A DNA stretch of 64,000 nt, from contig JASTWF010000036.1 in the NCBI GenBank assembly GCA_030390025.1, positions 124,001 to 188,000 of the forward strand. Direction: 5' to 3'. Numbering within the stretch: position 1 is the stretch's first letter; each line of letters starts with the position of its first letter. Of this stretch, positions 12,591-24,149 are shown one piece after another. The position numbers were made by a program, and so were the translations under genes. The stretch is from Squalus acanthias. Its lineage: Eukaryota. The notes beneath the pieces were generated by a model. It was not told the DNA's origin, did no database searches, and was given only the letters and a program-made list of their open reading frames with translations.

Positions 12591-12980
12591 CTCCGTATAC
12601 ACTTGGTTAGGCCACACTTGGAGCACTGTGCACAGTTCTGGTCTCCGTATAACCTTGGTTCGACCACACTTGGAGCACTGTGCACAGTTCTGGTCTCCAT
12701 ATACCTTGGTTAGACCACACTTGGAGCACTGTGCACAGTTCTGGTCTCCATATACCTTGGTTAGACCACACTTGGAGCACTGTGCACAGTTCTGGTCTCC
12801 ATATACCTTGGTTCGACCACACTTGGAGCACTGTGCACAGTTCTGGTCTCCGTATACATTGGTTCGACCACACTTGGAGCACTGTGCACAGTTCTGGTCT
12901 CCGTATATCTTGGGTTAGACCACACTTGGAGCACTGTGCACAGTTCTGGTCTCCATATACCTTGGTTAGACCACATTTGG
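12591..12980 (+). repeat. 51-bp minisatellite derived from CR1 ORF2
   Basis: Unit translates TLVRPHLEHCAQFWSPY; about 7.5 copies. Confidence 0.92.
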
Positions 12981-13438
12981 TGGACCACAGGAGGAGGTGA
13001 AGGGGACAAAGGGGAGTCGTCAAAATCAGCGTTCCTGCCGCCCCTGGTCCTTTCCTGACCCTCTGCGGGCAACCGCGCGAGCGCGTGCGCGCCCCTGTGC
13101 CTTGCGTGTGCGGACGTCGGCTTAGAGCAGAGTTGGGCTCGCCGTGATGCACGCCACGGTCGAATTGCCCGCCAACGCGGGCACCGTCCGAACGCCCACG
13201 GGCAGGAGCGCTCCCCGCTACCTCACCCCAACTGGCCCTCGCTCTTCTTGTGCGCGAGTCAGCCCCGGACGGGAGAGGGAAACGGCCGGCGGGCTATTCA
13301 GCCACGGGAGGCATGGCCGTGCAACACGAACCCCCGCCAAGGGCCCCATTCCGAGTTCAGAAGGTGCGGGCGGGACTCAGTAGAACACACACACGCGCCA
13401 CCCCTTCGACCTCGCTAACGCTCCGCGCTGCGGTTCAG

Positions 13439-13665
13439 TTTCAGGGATGGGCGCGGTGCCCGTTTTCTACGCCTCCCCTCTCGCCGCCGCCAACGACCGC
13501 TACTCGCCCCGGATGGCGAAGCTGGGCCACCAACACCGTCCCTTGGGCCGGACCCAGTCGGCCCCGCTGCCCCAGAACCCCAAGGCCGTCCAGCAGCAAC
13601 TCCACCTCCAACAGCAGCACCAGCAGTTCCTGGAACGACTGAAACTGCAGACGCACCTCGGCAAG
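13439..13665 (+). CDS. HDAC7: HDAC7 coding exon with 14-3-3 phosphosite
   Basis: ttcag|...AAG|gtaagg; 227 nt, phase 1/0; [41 protein letters not shown]. Confidence 0.92.
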
Positions 13666-13680
13666 GTAAGGGGGAGCCCC

Positions 13681-15802
13681 AGGGGGTGAGGCAGTATTGG
13701 GGTACCACCGCCCTGATTACAGGGGGTGAGGCAGTATTGGGGTACCACCGCCCTGATTACAGGGGGTGAGGCAGTATTGGGGTACCACCGCCCTGATTAC
13801 AGGGGGTGAGGCAGTATTGGGGTACCACCGCCCTGATTACAGGGGGTGAGGCAGTATTGGGGTACCACCGCCCTGATTACAGGGGGTGAGGCAGTATTGG
13901 GGTAACACTGCCCTGACTACTGGGGGTGAGGCAGTATTGGGGTACCACTGCCCTGATTACAGGGGGTGAGGCAGTATTGGGGTAACACTGCCCTGATTAC
14001 AGGGGGTGAGGCAGTATTGGGGTACCACTGCCCTGACTAGAGGGGGTGAGGCAGTATTGGGGTACCACTGCCCTGATTACAGGGGGGTGAGGCAGTATTG
14101 GGGTACCACTGCCCTGATTACAGGGGGTGAGGCAGTATTGGGGTACTACTGCCCTGATTACAGGAGGTGAGGCAGTTTTGGGGTAACACTGCACTGACTA
14201 CAGGGGGTGAGGTAGTATTGGGGTACCACTGCCCTGATTACAGGGGATGAGGCAGTATTGGGGTAACACTGCCCTGACTACAGGGGGTGAGGCAGTATTG
14301 GGGCACCACCGCCCTGACTACGGGGGGTGAGGTAGTATTGGGGTACCACTGCCCTGATTACAGGGAGTGAGGCAGTATTGGCGTACCACTGCCCTGATTA
14401 CAGGGGGTGAGGCAGTATTGGGGTACCACCGCCCTGATTACAGGGGGCGAGCCAGTATTGGGGTACCACCACCCTGATTACAGGGGACGAGGCAGTATTG
14501 GGGTGCCACCGTCCTGATTACGGGGGTGAGGCAGTATTGGGGTACCACCGCCCTGACTACAGGGGGTGAGGCAGTATTGGGGTACCACCGCCCTGACTAC
14601 GGGGGGTGAGGCAGTATTGGGGTAACACCGCCCTGACTACAGGGGGTGAGGCAGCATTGGGGTACCACCGCCCTGATTACAGGGGGTGAGGTAGTATTGG
14701 GGTACCACTGCCCTGACTACAGGGGTGAGGTAGTATTGGGGTACCACTGCCCTGACTACAGGGGTGAGGTAGTATTGGGGTAACACTGCCCTGACTACAG
14801 GGGTGAGGTAGTATTAGGGTACCACTGCCCTGACTACAGGGGGTGAGGCAGTATTGGGGTACCACTGCCCTGACTACAGGGGGTGAGGTAGTATTGGGGT
14901 AGCACCACCCTGACTACAGGGGGTGAGGTAGTATTGGGGTACCACTGCCCTGACTAGAGGGGTGAGGTAGTATTAGGGTACCACTGCCCTGATTACAGGG
15001 GTGAGGTAGTATTGGGGTAACACTGCCCTGACTACAGGGGTGAAGTAGTATTAGGGTACCACTGCCCTGACTACAGGGGGTGAGGCAGTATTGGGGTACC
15101 ACCGCCCTGACTACAGGGGGTGAGGCAGTATTGGGGTTCCACTGCCCTGACTACAGGGGGTGAGGCAGTATTGGGGTACCACTGCCCTGACTACAGGGGG
15201 TGAGGCAGTATTGGGGTACCACTGCCCTGACTACAGGGGGTGAGGTAGTATTGGGGTACCACTGCCCTGATTACAGGGGGTGAGGTAGTATTGGGGTAGC
15301 ACCACCCTGACTACAGGGGGTGAGGTAGTATTGGGGTACCACTGCCCTGATTACAGGGGGTGAGGCAGCATTGGGGTACACATTCACTCAGGGGGTGTGG
15401 CAGTATCGGGGTACACATTCACTCGAGGGGCGAGGCAGTATCGGGGTACACATTCACTCAGGGGGTGAGGCAGTATCAGGGTACACATTCACTCAGGGGG
15501 TGAGGCAGTATTGGGGTACCACCGCCCTGACTACAGGGGGTGAGGCAGTATCAGGGTACACATTCACTCAGGGGGTGAGGCAGTATTGGGGTACCAGCGC
15601 CCTGACTACAGGGGGTGAGGTAGTATTGGGGTACACATTCACTCAGGGGGTGAGGCAGTATCGGGGTACACATTCACTCAGGAAGAGGCAATATCGGGGT
15701 ACACATTCACTCAGGGGACGAGGCAGTATCGGGGTACACATTCACTCAGGAAGAGACAATATCGGGTTACACATTCACTCGAGGGGTGAGGCAGTATCGG
15801 GG
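13681..15802. repeat. 40-bp minisatellite grading into a shorter variant
   Basis: agggggtgaggcagtattggggtaccaccgccctgattac. Confidence 0.95.
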
Positions 15803-16087
15803 CGACACTTAACTGAAGGGGATTGGCGCAGTTTTGGGGGTACGTCGTACGGACAGGGTCCTCGCAGTTTGGGGGTACACCCGGTTCGAGGGGGTGACCC
15901 CCCTTGGACGAGGGGCAGGAGGGACGGACGCCGGCAGCAGAATTGTGGGCGCGATGGGCGAGCCAAACGACACTTCGATTAACAGACACAATTTATTTTC
16001 TTTCTCCCGCCCCCCCCTCCCCACCACCCACCACCCACCGTACCCCGAAACTTCTGTCGTGCCTCCCCTCTCGCCCCACCCCCGCAG

Positions 16088-16279
16088 CTGATGTCGAAGC
16101 GGCGCCTGAGTCACGGCGAGGAGGGGGAGACGGAGAAGCGAGGGCAGGGAGGAGGGGGTCCCGAGAGGCCCCAAGCTCGAGGCAGCGAGCTGGAAGACCA
16201 GCCGGCGACTGATGGCAAGAAGGACGAGGGGTCGGCGAGACACGGATATCGGGAGCGCAGTGAAGCCCAACTCCAACAG
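16088..16279 (+). CDS. HDAC7: HDAC7 coding exon (low-conservation linker)
   Basis: cgcag|...CAG|gtaacc; 192 nt, phase 0/0, open frame LMSKRRLSHGEEGETE...EAQLQQ; fits the expected exon position. Confidence 0.8.
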
Positions 16280-16348
16280 GTAACCTGGTGAAGGGACCCC
16301 CCCCCAATCGTGGTGGGGGTAGGCGGCGGTACACAGGGCGAGGGGCGG

Positions 16349-18752
16349 ATACAGAGTAAAGCTCCCTCTACACTGTCCCATCAAACACTCCCAGGGCAGG
16401 TACAGCACGGGGTTAGATACAGAGTAAAGCTCCCTCTACACTGTCCCATCAAGCACTCCCAGGGCAGGTACAGCACGGGGTTAAATACAGAGTAAAGCTC
16501 CCTCTACACTGTCCCATCAAACACTCCCAGGGCAGGTACAGCACGGGTTAGATACAGAGTAAAGCTCCCTCTACACTGTCCCATCAAACACTACCAGGGC
16601 AGGTACAGCACGGGGTTAGATACAGAGTAAAGCTCCCTCTACACTGTCTCATCAAACACTCCCAGGGCAGGTACAGCACGGGGTTAGATACAGAGTAAAG
16701 CTCCCTCTACACTGTCCCATCAAACACTCCCAGGGCAGCTACAGCACAGGTTAGATATAGAGTAAATGTCCCTCTACACTGTCCCCATCAAACACTCCCA
16801 GGGCAGGTACAGCACGGGTTAGATACAGAGTAAAGCTCCCTCTACACTGTCCCCATCAAATACTCCCAGGACAGGTACAGCACAGGGTTAGATACAGAGT
16901 AAAGCTCCCTCTACACTGTCCCCATCAAACACTCCCAGGGCAGGTACAGCACGGGGTTAGATACAGAGTAAAGCTCCCTCTACACTGTCCCATCAAACAC
17001 TCCCAGGGCAGGTACAGCACAGGTTAGATACAGAGTAAAGCTCCCTCTACACTGTCCCATCAAACACTCCCAGGGCAGGTACAGCACGGGGTTAGATACA
17101 GAGTAAAGCTCCCTCTACACTGTCCCATCAAACACTCCTAGGGCAGGTACAGCACGGGGTTAGGTACAGAGTAAAGCTCCCTCTACACTGTCCCATCAAA
17201 CACTCCCAGGGCAGGTACAGCACGGGGTTAGATACAGAGTAAAGCTCCCTCTACACTGTCCCATCAAACACTCCCAGGACAGGTACAGCACGGGGTTAGA
17301 TACAGAGTAAAGCTCCCTCTACACTGTCCCATAAAACACTCCCAGGGCAGATACAGCACGGGTTAGATACAGAGTAAAGCTCCCTCTACACTGTCCCATC
17401 AAACACTCCCAGGGCAGATACAGCACAGGTTAGATACAGAGTAAAGCTCCCTCTACACTGTCCCCATCAAACACTCCCAGGGCAGGTACAGCACGGGGTT
17501 AGATACAGAGTAAAGCTCCCTCTACACTGTCCCCATCAAACACTCCCAGGACAGGTACAGCACGGGGTTAGATACAGAGTAAAGCTCCCTCTACACTGTC
17601 CCATCAAACACTCCCAGGGCAGGTACAGCACGGGTTAGATACAGAGTAAAGCTCCCTCTACACTGTCCCATCAAACACTCCCAGGGCAGGTACAGCACGG
17701 GTTAGATACAGAGTAAAGCTCCCTCTACACTGTCCCATCAAACACTCCCAGGGCAGGTACAGCACGGGTTAGATACAGAGTAAAGCTCCCTCTACACTGT
17801 CCCATCAAACACTCCCTGGGCAGGTACAGCACAGGTTAGATACAGAGTAAAGCTCCCTCTACACTGTCCCCATCAAACACTCCCAGGGCAGGTACAGCAC
17901 GGGGTTAGATACAGAGTAAAGCTCCCTCTACACTGTCCCATCAAACACTCCCAGGGCAGGTACAGCACGGGTTAGATACAGAGTAAAGCTCCCTCTACAC
18001 TGTCCCATCAAACACTCCCAGGGCAGGTACAGCACGGGTTAGATACAGAGTAAAGCTCCCTCTACACTGTCCCATCAAACACTCCCTGGGCAGGTACAGC
18101 ACGGTTTAGATACAGAGTAAAGCTCCCTCTACACTGTCCCATAAAACACTCCCAGGACAGGTACAGCACGGGGTTAGATACAGAGTAAAGCTCCCTCTAC
18201 ACTGTCCCATCAAACACTCCCAGGGCAGGTACAGCACGGGTTAGATACAGAGTAAAGCTCCCTCTACACTGTCCCATCAAACACTCCCAGGGCAGGTACA
18301 GCACGGGTTAGATACAGAGTAAAGCTCCCTCTACACTGTCCCATCAAACACTCCCTGGGCAGGTACAGCACGGGTTAGATACAGAGTAGAGCTCCCTCTA
18401 CACTGTCCCATCAAACACTCCCAGGGCAGGTACAGCACGGGGTTAGATACAGAGTAAAGCTCCCTCTACACTGTCCCCATCAAACACTCCCAGGGCAGGT
18501 ACAGCACGGGGTTAGATACAGAGTAAAGCTCCCTCTACACTGTCCCCATCAAACACTCCCAGGGCAGGTACAGCACGGGGTTAGATACAGAGTAAAGCTC
18601 CCTCTACACTGTCCCATCAAACACTCCCAGGGCAGGTACAGCACGGGGTTAGATACAGAGTAAAGCTCCCTCTACACTGTCCCATCATACACTCCCAGGG
18701 CAGGTACAGCACGGGGTTAGATACAGAGTAAAGCTCCCTCTACACTGACCCA
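16349..18752. repeat. 67-69 bp minisatellite
   Basis: gggttagatacagagtaaagctccctctacactgtcccatcaaacactcccagggcaggtacagcac. Confidence 0.95.
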
Positions 18753-18815
18753 TTAATTACTTTCCCTCGCGCTGTGCGTTTCGTCCTTAACTCCTGTTCT
18801 TTTCCAATTCTCAAG

Positions 18816-19002
18816 CACGCCCTTCTGTGGGACCAGCACTGGATCCGACAACTTCAGCACTTCCCTACGCACATGGAGACCCTAGGCATCCCGTACCCCG
18901 GTGGTAGCCATCGGCCGCTGTCCAGAGCTCGGTCGTCCCCAGCCTCCGCCTCACTCCCAGCGCCGGTGCCCGAGGTCCCCAACAAGTCTTCCTTTACAAC
19001 AG
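18816..19002 (+). CDS. HDAC7: HDAC7 coding exon with 14-3-3 phosphosite
   Basis: tcaag|...G|gtgagg; 187 nt, phase 0/1; HALLWDQH...GSHRPLSRARSSPASA...FTT. Confidence 0.92.
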
Positions 19003-19014
19003 GTGAGGTTTATT

Positions 19015-20642
19015 GAAGAGGAGGGACGGAGGGAGAGAGGGAGGGAGAGAGGGTGAGGTGAGAAAGAGCGAGGGAGGGAGAGAGAGAGGGAGGGAGGGAG
19101 AGAGGGTGAGGTGAGAAAGAGGGAGGGAAAGAGGGAGAGAGAGAGGGAGAGAGGGAGGGAGAGAGAGAGGGAGGGAGGGAGAGAGAGAGAGAGAGAGGGA
19201 GAGAGGGTGAGGTGAGAAAGAGGGAGGGGGAGAGGGAGAGAGAGAGGGAGAGAGGGTGAGGTGAGAAAGAGGGAGGGGGAGAGGGAGAAAGAGAGGGAGA
19301 GAGAGGGAGGGAGAGAGAGAGAGAGAGGGAGGGAGTGAGGGAGAGGGTGAGGTGAGAAAGAGGGAGGGGGAGAGGGAGAAAGAGAGGGAGAGAAGGTGAG
19401 GTGAGAAAGAGCGAGGGAGAGAGGGTGAGGTGAGAGAGAGCGAGGGAGAGAGGGAGAGAGGGAGGGAGAGAGGGTGAGGTGAGAAAGAGCGAGGGAGGAA
19501 GGGTGAGGTGAGAGAGAGCGAGGGAGAGAGGGAGGGGGGAGGGAGAGAGGGAGGGAGAGAGGGTGAGGTGAGAGAGAGCGAGGGAGAGAGGGAGGGAGAG
19601 AGGGAGGGAGAAAGGGTGAGGTGAGAAAGAGCGAGTGAGAGAGGGTGAGGTGAGAGAGAGCGAGGGAGGGAGGGGGAGGGAGAGAGGGAGGGAGAGAGGG
19701 TGAGGTGAGAAAGAGGGAGGGAGAGAGAGAGAGGGAGGGAGGGAGAGAGGGTGGGAGAGGGTGAAGTGAGAAAGAGGGGGGGAGAGAGGAGGGAGAGAGG
19801 GAGGGAGGGAGAGAGAGAGAGGGAGGGTTTGAGCGAGGGTGGGATAGGGTGAAGTGAGAAAGAGCGAGGTAGCGAGGGAAGGATAGAGAGAGAGAGGGAG
19901 GGAGGGAGAGAGATTGGGAGAGGGTGAAGTGAGAAAGAGCGAGGGAGAGAGGGAGGGAGGGAGCGAGAGAGGGTGGGAGAGGGTGAAGTGAGAAAGAGCG
20001 AGGGAGAGAGAGGGAGGGAGAGAGACAGGGAGGGAGAGGGTGATGTGAGAAAGAGCGAGGGAGAGAGGGAGAGAGAGAGAGGGAGGGAGGAAGAGAAGGA
20101 AGGAAGGGAAGGTAGGGAGAGGTAGAGGGACGGAGGGAGAGATGGAGAGAGAGGGGGAGTGAGGAAAGGAAGGAGGGAGAGGGGGAGTGAGGAAAGGAAG
20201 GGGGGAGAGAGGGAAGGAGGGAGGGAGAGAGTGAGGGAGGGAGGGAAAGAGGGAAAGAGAAAGGGGGTGAGGGGAAGGGAGAAAGGGAGGGGGAAGAGGG
20301 AGAGAGAAGGAGGGAGGGAGGGGAGAGAGGAACGGAGCGAGAGAGGGAGCGAGGGGGGGAGAGAGGGAACGAGGTAGGGAGAGGTAGCGACGGAGGGTGG
20401 GAGAGGAAGGGGGAGGGCGAAGAAAGGGGAGTGAAAAGGGGAGGGGAGAGAGGGAGTCAAAGGGGTAGCAAGGGATTGAATTTGGAGCTTTGGAGGGGGA
20501 GAGAGGGGAGGGGGAGAGAGAGAAGGGGGGAGAGGAAATGAAGGAGGGAGAGGCAGAGAGGGAGTGAGATAGTGAGCGAAGAATGGAGAGAGGGATGGAG
20601 AGATGGTGGGAGAGGGTTGGGGAGGGAGAGTGAGGGAGAGGG
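19015..20642. repeat. Polypurine GA-rich low-complexity tract
   Basis: Almost only G and A, with a recurrent gggtgaggtgagaaaga motif. Confidence 0.9.
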
Positions 20643-20705
20643 CTGGAGCGAACGGGAGGGCCTGAACCGTCAGTAATGTCTACTCCGCGCTTCCCCCGCT
20701 GGTAG

Positions 20706-20836
20706 GAATCGTCTACGACAGCCTGATGCTGAAGCACCAGTGCACCTGCGGGAACAGCAACCACCCAGAGCACGCCGGGAGAATCCAGAGCATCTGGTCC
20801 CGGCTACAGGAGACCGGGCTCCGAACCCAGTGCGAG
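20706..20836 (+). CDS. HDAC7: HDAC7 deacetylase domain exon (structural Zn ligands)
   Basis: ggtag|...GAG|gtacgg; [44 protein letters not shown]. Confidence 0.96.
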
Positions 20837-20890
20837 GTACGGCGGGGCATTGGGAAAGAGGGCTGGGCCAGGCTGGGGGAGCTGGATGAT

Positions 20891-23372
20891 GGGCTGGGTG
20901 AGTGTGATGTTGGGCTGGGTGAGTGTGATGTTGGGCTGGATGAGTGAGATGTTGGGCTGGATGAGTGTGATGTTGGGTTGGGTGAGTGAGATGTTGGGCT
21001 GGGTGAGTGAGATGTTGGGCTGGATGAGTGTGATGTTGGGTTGGGTGAGTGAGATGTTGGGCTGGGTGAGTGAGATGTTGGGTTGGGTGAGTGAGATGTT
21101 GGGTTGGGTGAGTGAGATGTTGGGTGAGTGTGATGTTGGGTGAGTGTGATGTTGGGCTGGATGAGTGAGATGTTGGGCTGGGTGAGTGAGATGTTGGGCT
21201 GGGTGAGTGTGATGTTGGGCTGGGTGAGTGAGATGTTGGGTTGGGTGAGTGAGATGTTGGGTTGGGTGAGTGAGATGTTGGGTTGGGTGAGTGAGATGTT
21301 GGGCTGGGTGAGTGTGATGTTGGGCTGGGTGAGTGAGATGTTGGGTTGGGTGAGTGTGATGTTGGGTTGGGTGAGTGTGATGTTGGACTGGGTGAGTGAG
21401 ATGTTGGGTTGGGTAAGTGTGATGTTGGGTTGGATGAGTGAGATGTTGGGCTGGGTGAGTGTGATGTTGGGTTGGGTAAGTGTGATGTTGGGTTGGATGA
21501 GTGAGATGTTGAGCTGGGTGAGTGTGATGTTGGGTTGGGTGAGTGTGACGTTGGGCTGGGTGAGTGTGATGTTGGGCTGGGTGAGTGTGATGTTGGGCTG
21601 GGTGAGTGAGATGTTGAGCTGGGTGAGTGTGATGTTGGGCTGGGTGAGTGTGATGTTGGGCTGGGTGAGTGTGATGTTGGGTGAGTGTGATGTTGGGCTG
21701 GGTGAGTGTGATGTTGGGCTGGGTGAGTGTGATGTTGGGCTGGGTGAGTGTGATGTTGGGCTGGGTGAGTGTGATGTGCTGGGTGAGTGTGATGTTGGGT
21801 TGGGTGAGTGTGATGTTGGACTGGGTGAGTGTGATGTTGGGTGAGTCTGATGTTGTGCTGGGTGAGTGTGATGTTGGGTGAGTGTGATGTTGGGTTGGAT
21901 GAGTGAGATGTTGGGTTGGGTGAGTGTGATGTTGGGCTGGGTGAGTGTGATGTTGGGCTGGGTGAGTGTGATGTTGGGCTGGGTGAGTGTGATGTTGGGT
22001 GAGTGTGATGTTGGGCTGGGTGAGTGTGATGTTGGACTGGGTGAGTGTGATGTTGGGTTGGGTGAGTGAGATGTTGGGCTGGGTGAGTGAGATGTTGGGC
22101 TGGGTGAGTGTGATGTTGGGTGAGTGTGATGTTGGGCTGGGTGAGTGTGATGTTGGGTTGGGTGAGTGTGATGTTGGGCTGGGTGAGTGTGATGTTGGGT
22201 GAGTGAGCTGTTGGGCTGGGTGAGTGTGATGTTGGACTGGGTGAGTGTGATGTTGGGCTGGGTGAGTGTGATGTTGGGTGAGTGAGCTGTTGGGCTGGGT
22301 GAGTGTGATGTTGGGCTGGGTGAGTGTGATGTTGGACTGGGTGAGTGTGATGTTGGACTGGGTGAGTGTGATGTCAGGCTGGATGAGTGTGATGTTGGGC
22401 TGGGTGACTGTGATGTTGGACTGGGTGAGTGTGATGTTGGGCTGGGTGAGTGAGATGTTGGGTTGGGTGAGTGAGATGTTGGGTTGGGTGAGTGTGATGT
22501 TGGACTGGGTGAGTGTGATGTTGGGTGAGTGTGATGTTGTGCTGGGTGAGTGTGATGTTGGGTGAGTGTGATGTTGGGTTGGATGAGTGAGATGTTGGGT
22601 TGGGTGAGTGTGATGTTGGGCTGGGTGAGTGTGATGTTGGGCTGGGTGAGTGTGATGTTGGGATGGGTGAGTGTGATGTTGGACTGGGTGAGTGTGATGT
22701 TGGGTTGGGTGAGTGAGATGTTGGGCTGGGTGAGTGAGATGTTGGGCTGGGTGAGTGTGATGTTGGGTGAGTGTGATGTTGGGCTGGGTGAGTGTGATGT
22801 TGGGTTGGGTGAGTGTGATGTTGGGCTGGGTGAGTGTGATGTTGGGTGAGTGAGCTGTTGGGCTGGGTGAGTGTGATGTTGGACTGGGTGAGTGTGATGT
22901 CAGGCTGGATGAGTGTGATGTTGGGCTGGGTGACTGTGATGTTGGACTGGGTGAGTGTGATGTTGGGCTGGGTGAGTGAGATGTTGGGTTGGGTGAGTGA
23001 GATGTTGGGCTGGGTGGGTGGGATGTTGGGCTGGGTGAGTGTGATGTTGGGTTGGGAGAGTGAGATGTTGGGTTGGGTGAGTGAGATGTTGGGCTGGGTG
23101 AGTGTGATGTTGGACTGGGTGAGTGAAATGTTGGGTTGGGTGAGTGAGATGTTGGGCTGGGTGGGTGGGATGTTGGGCTGGGTGGGTGAGTGAGATGTTG
23201 GGTTGGGTGAGTGTGATGTTGGGTTGGGAGAGTGAGATGTTGGGTTGGGTGAGTGAGATGTTGGGCTGGGTGAGTGTGATGTTGGACTGGGTGAGTGAGA
23301 TGTTGGGTTGGGTGAGTGTGATGTTGGGTTGGGTTTGTGAGATGTTGGGCTGGGTTTGTGAGATCTGGGACT
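20891..23372. repeat. 21-bp minisatellite (gggtgagtgtgatgttgggct)
   Basis: Tandem array of about 2.5 kb. Confidence 0.95.
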
Positions 23373-23534
23373 GGGCGAGTTGGATCCTCGGAGGTTGAGC
23401 TCGATGGGCCGAACAGATTTCTCCTCCTTGAAGTTCTGTCTTGTTATTAATCGCTGCGTTTTGAACTGATCCTGGCCTAAACCGAGTATCTCTCTCTCTC
23501 TCTCTTTCTCTCTGTCGTTCTCCCACTCTCGCAG

Positions 23535-23655
23535 TGTATCCGAGGGAGGAAGGCAACACTGGAGGAGCTCCAGTCTGTCCACACCGAACAACACGTCCTG
23601 CTGTACGGCACCAACCCTCTAAACAGGCTCAAACTGGACAGCCGGAAACTGTTAG
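23535..23655 (+). CDS. HDAC7: HDAC7 deacetylase domain exon
   Basis: cgcag|...G|gtagga; [40 protein letters not shown]. Confidence 0.96.
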
Positions 23656-23859
23656 GTAGGAAGTGGCATTTCAACATCTCACTGACAGGGTAACCATCGC
23701 CGGCTCAACTCGGGAGCCCGGCAGGGTCACGGACTATAAGTGTTGCGAGGGCGTTGGAGTCGAGGAAAGTCCCGATAAGGCGTTGATTTTTTTTGTGCGA
23801 TGCGCTGCGGTCCATCGCCTCTGAATCCTCACCGTCTCTCTCCTCCCGTCTCTTCCCAG

Positions 23860-23909
23860 GAATGCTTTCCCAGAGAATGTTCGTCATGCTGCCTTGTGGA
23901 GGACTGGGA
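23860..23909 (+). CDS. HDAC7: HDAC7 deacetylase domain exon
   Basis: cccag|...GGA|gtgagt; GMLSQRMFVMLPCGGLG. Confidence 0.95.
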
Positions 23910-24149
23910 GTGAGTATCTCGTTCGTAGAATTACGTCGAACTTTACCTCGTGGAAACGGGCCATTGGGCCCAACGTGTCCGCGCCAGTGTTTCTGCTCCA
24001 CACGAGCCTCCTCCCACCCCTACTTCATCTCAGCCTATCACCATATCCTTCTATTCCTTTCTCCCTCGTGTGATTATCTAGCTTCCCCCTTAAATGGATC
24101 GATACTATTCGCCTCGACCACTCCCTGTGGTAGCGAGTTCCACATTCTC

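Noticed and set aside
18994..23594. Ser/Leu/Pro-rich and SVMLGWV-repeat ORFs
   Set aside because: Low-complexity GA tract and 21-bp repeat; no protein signature.
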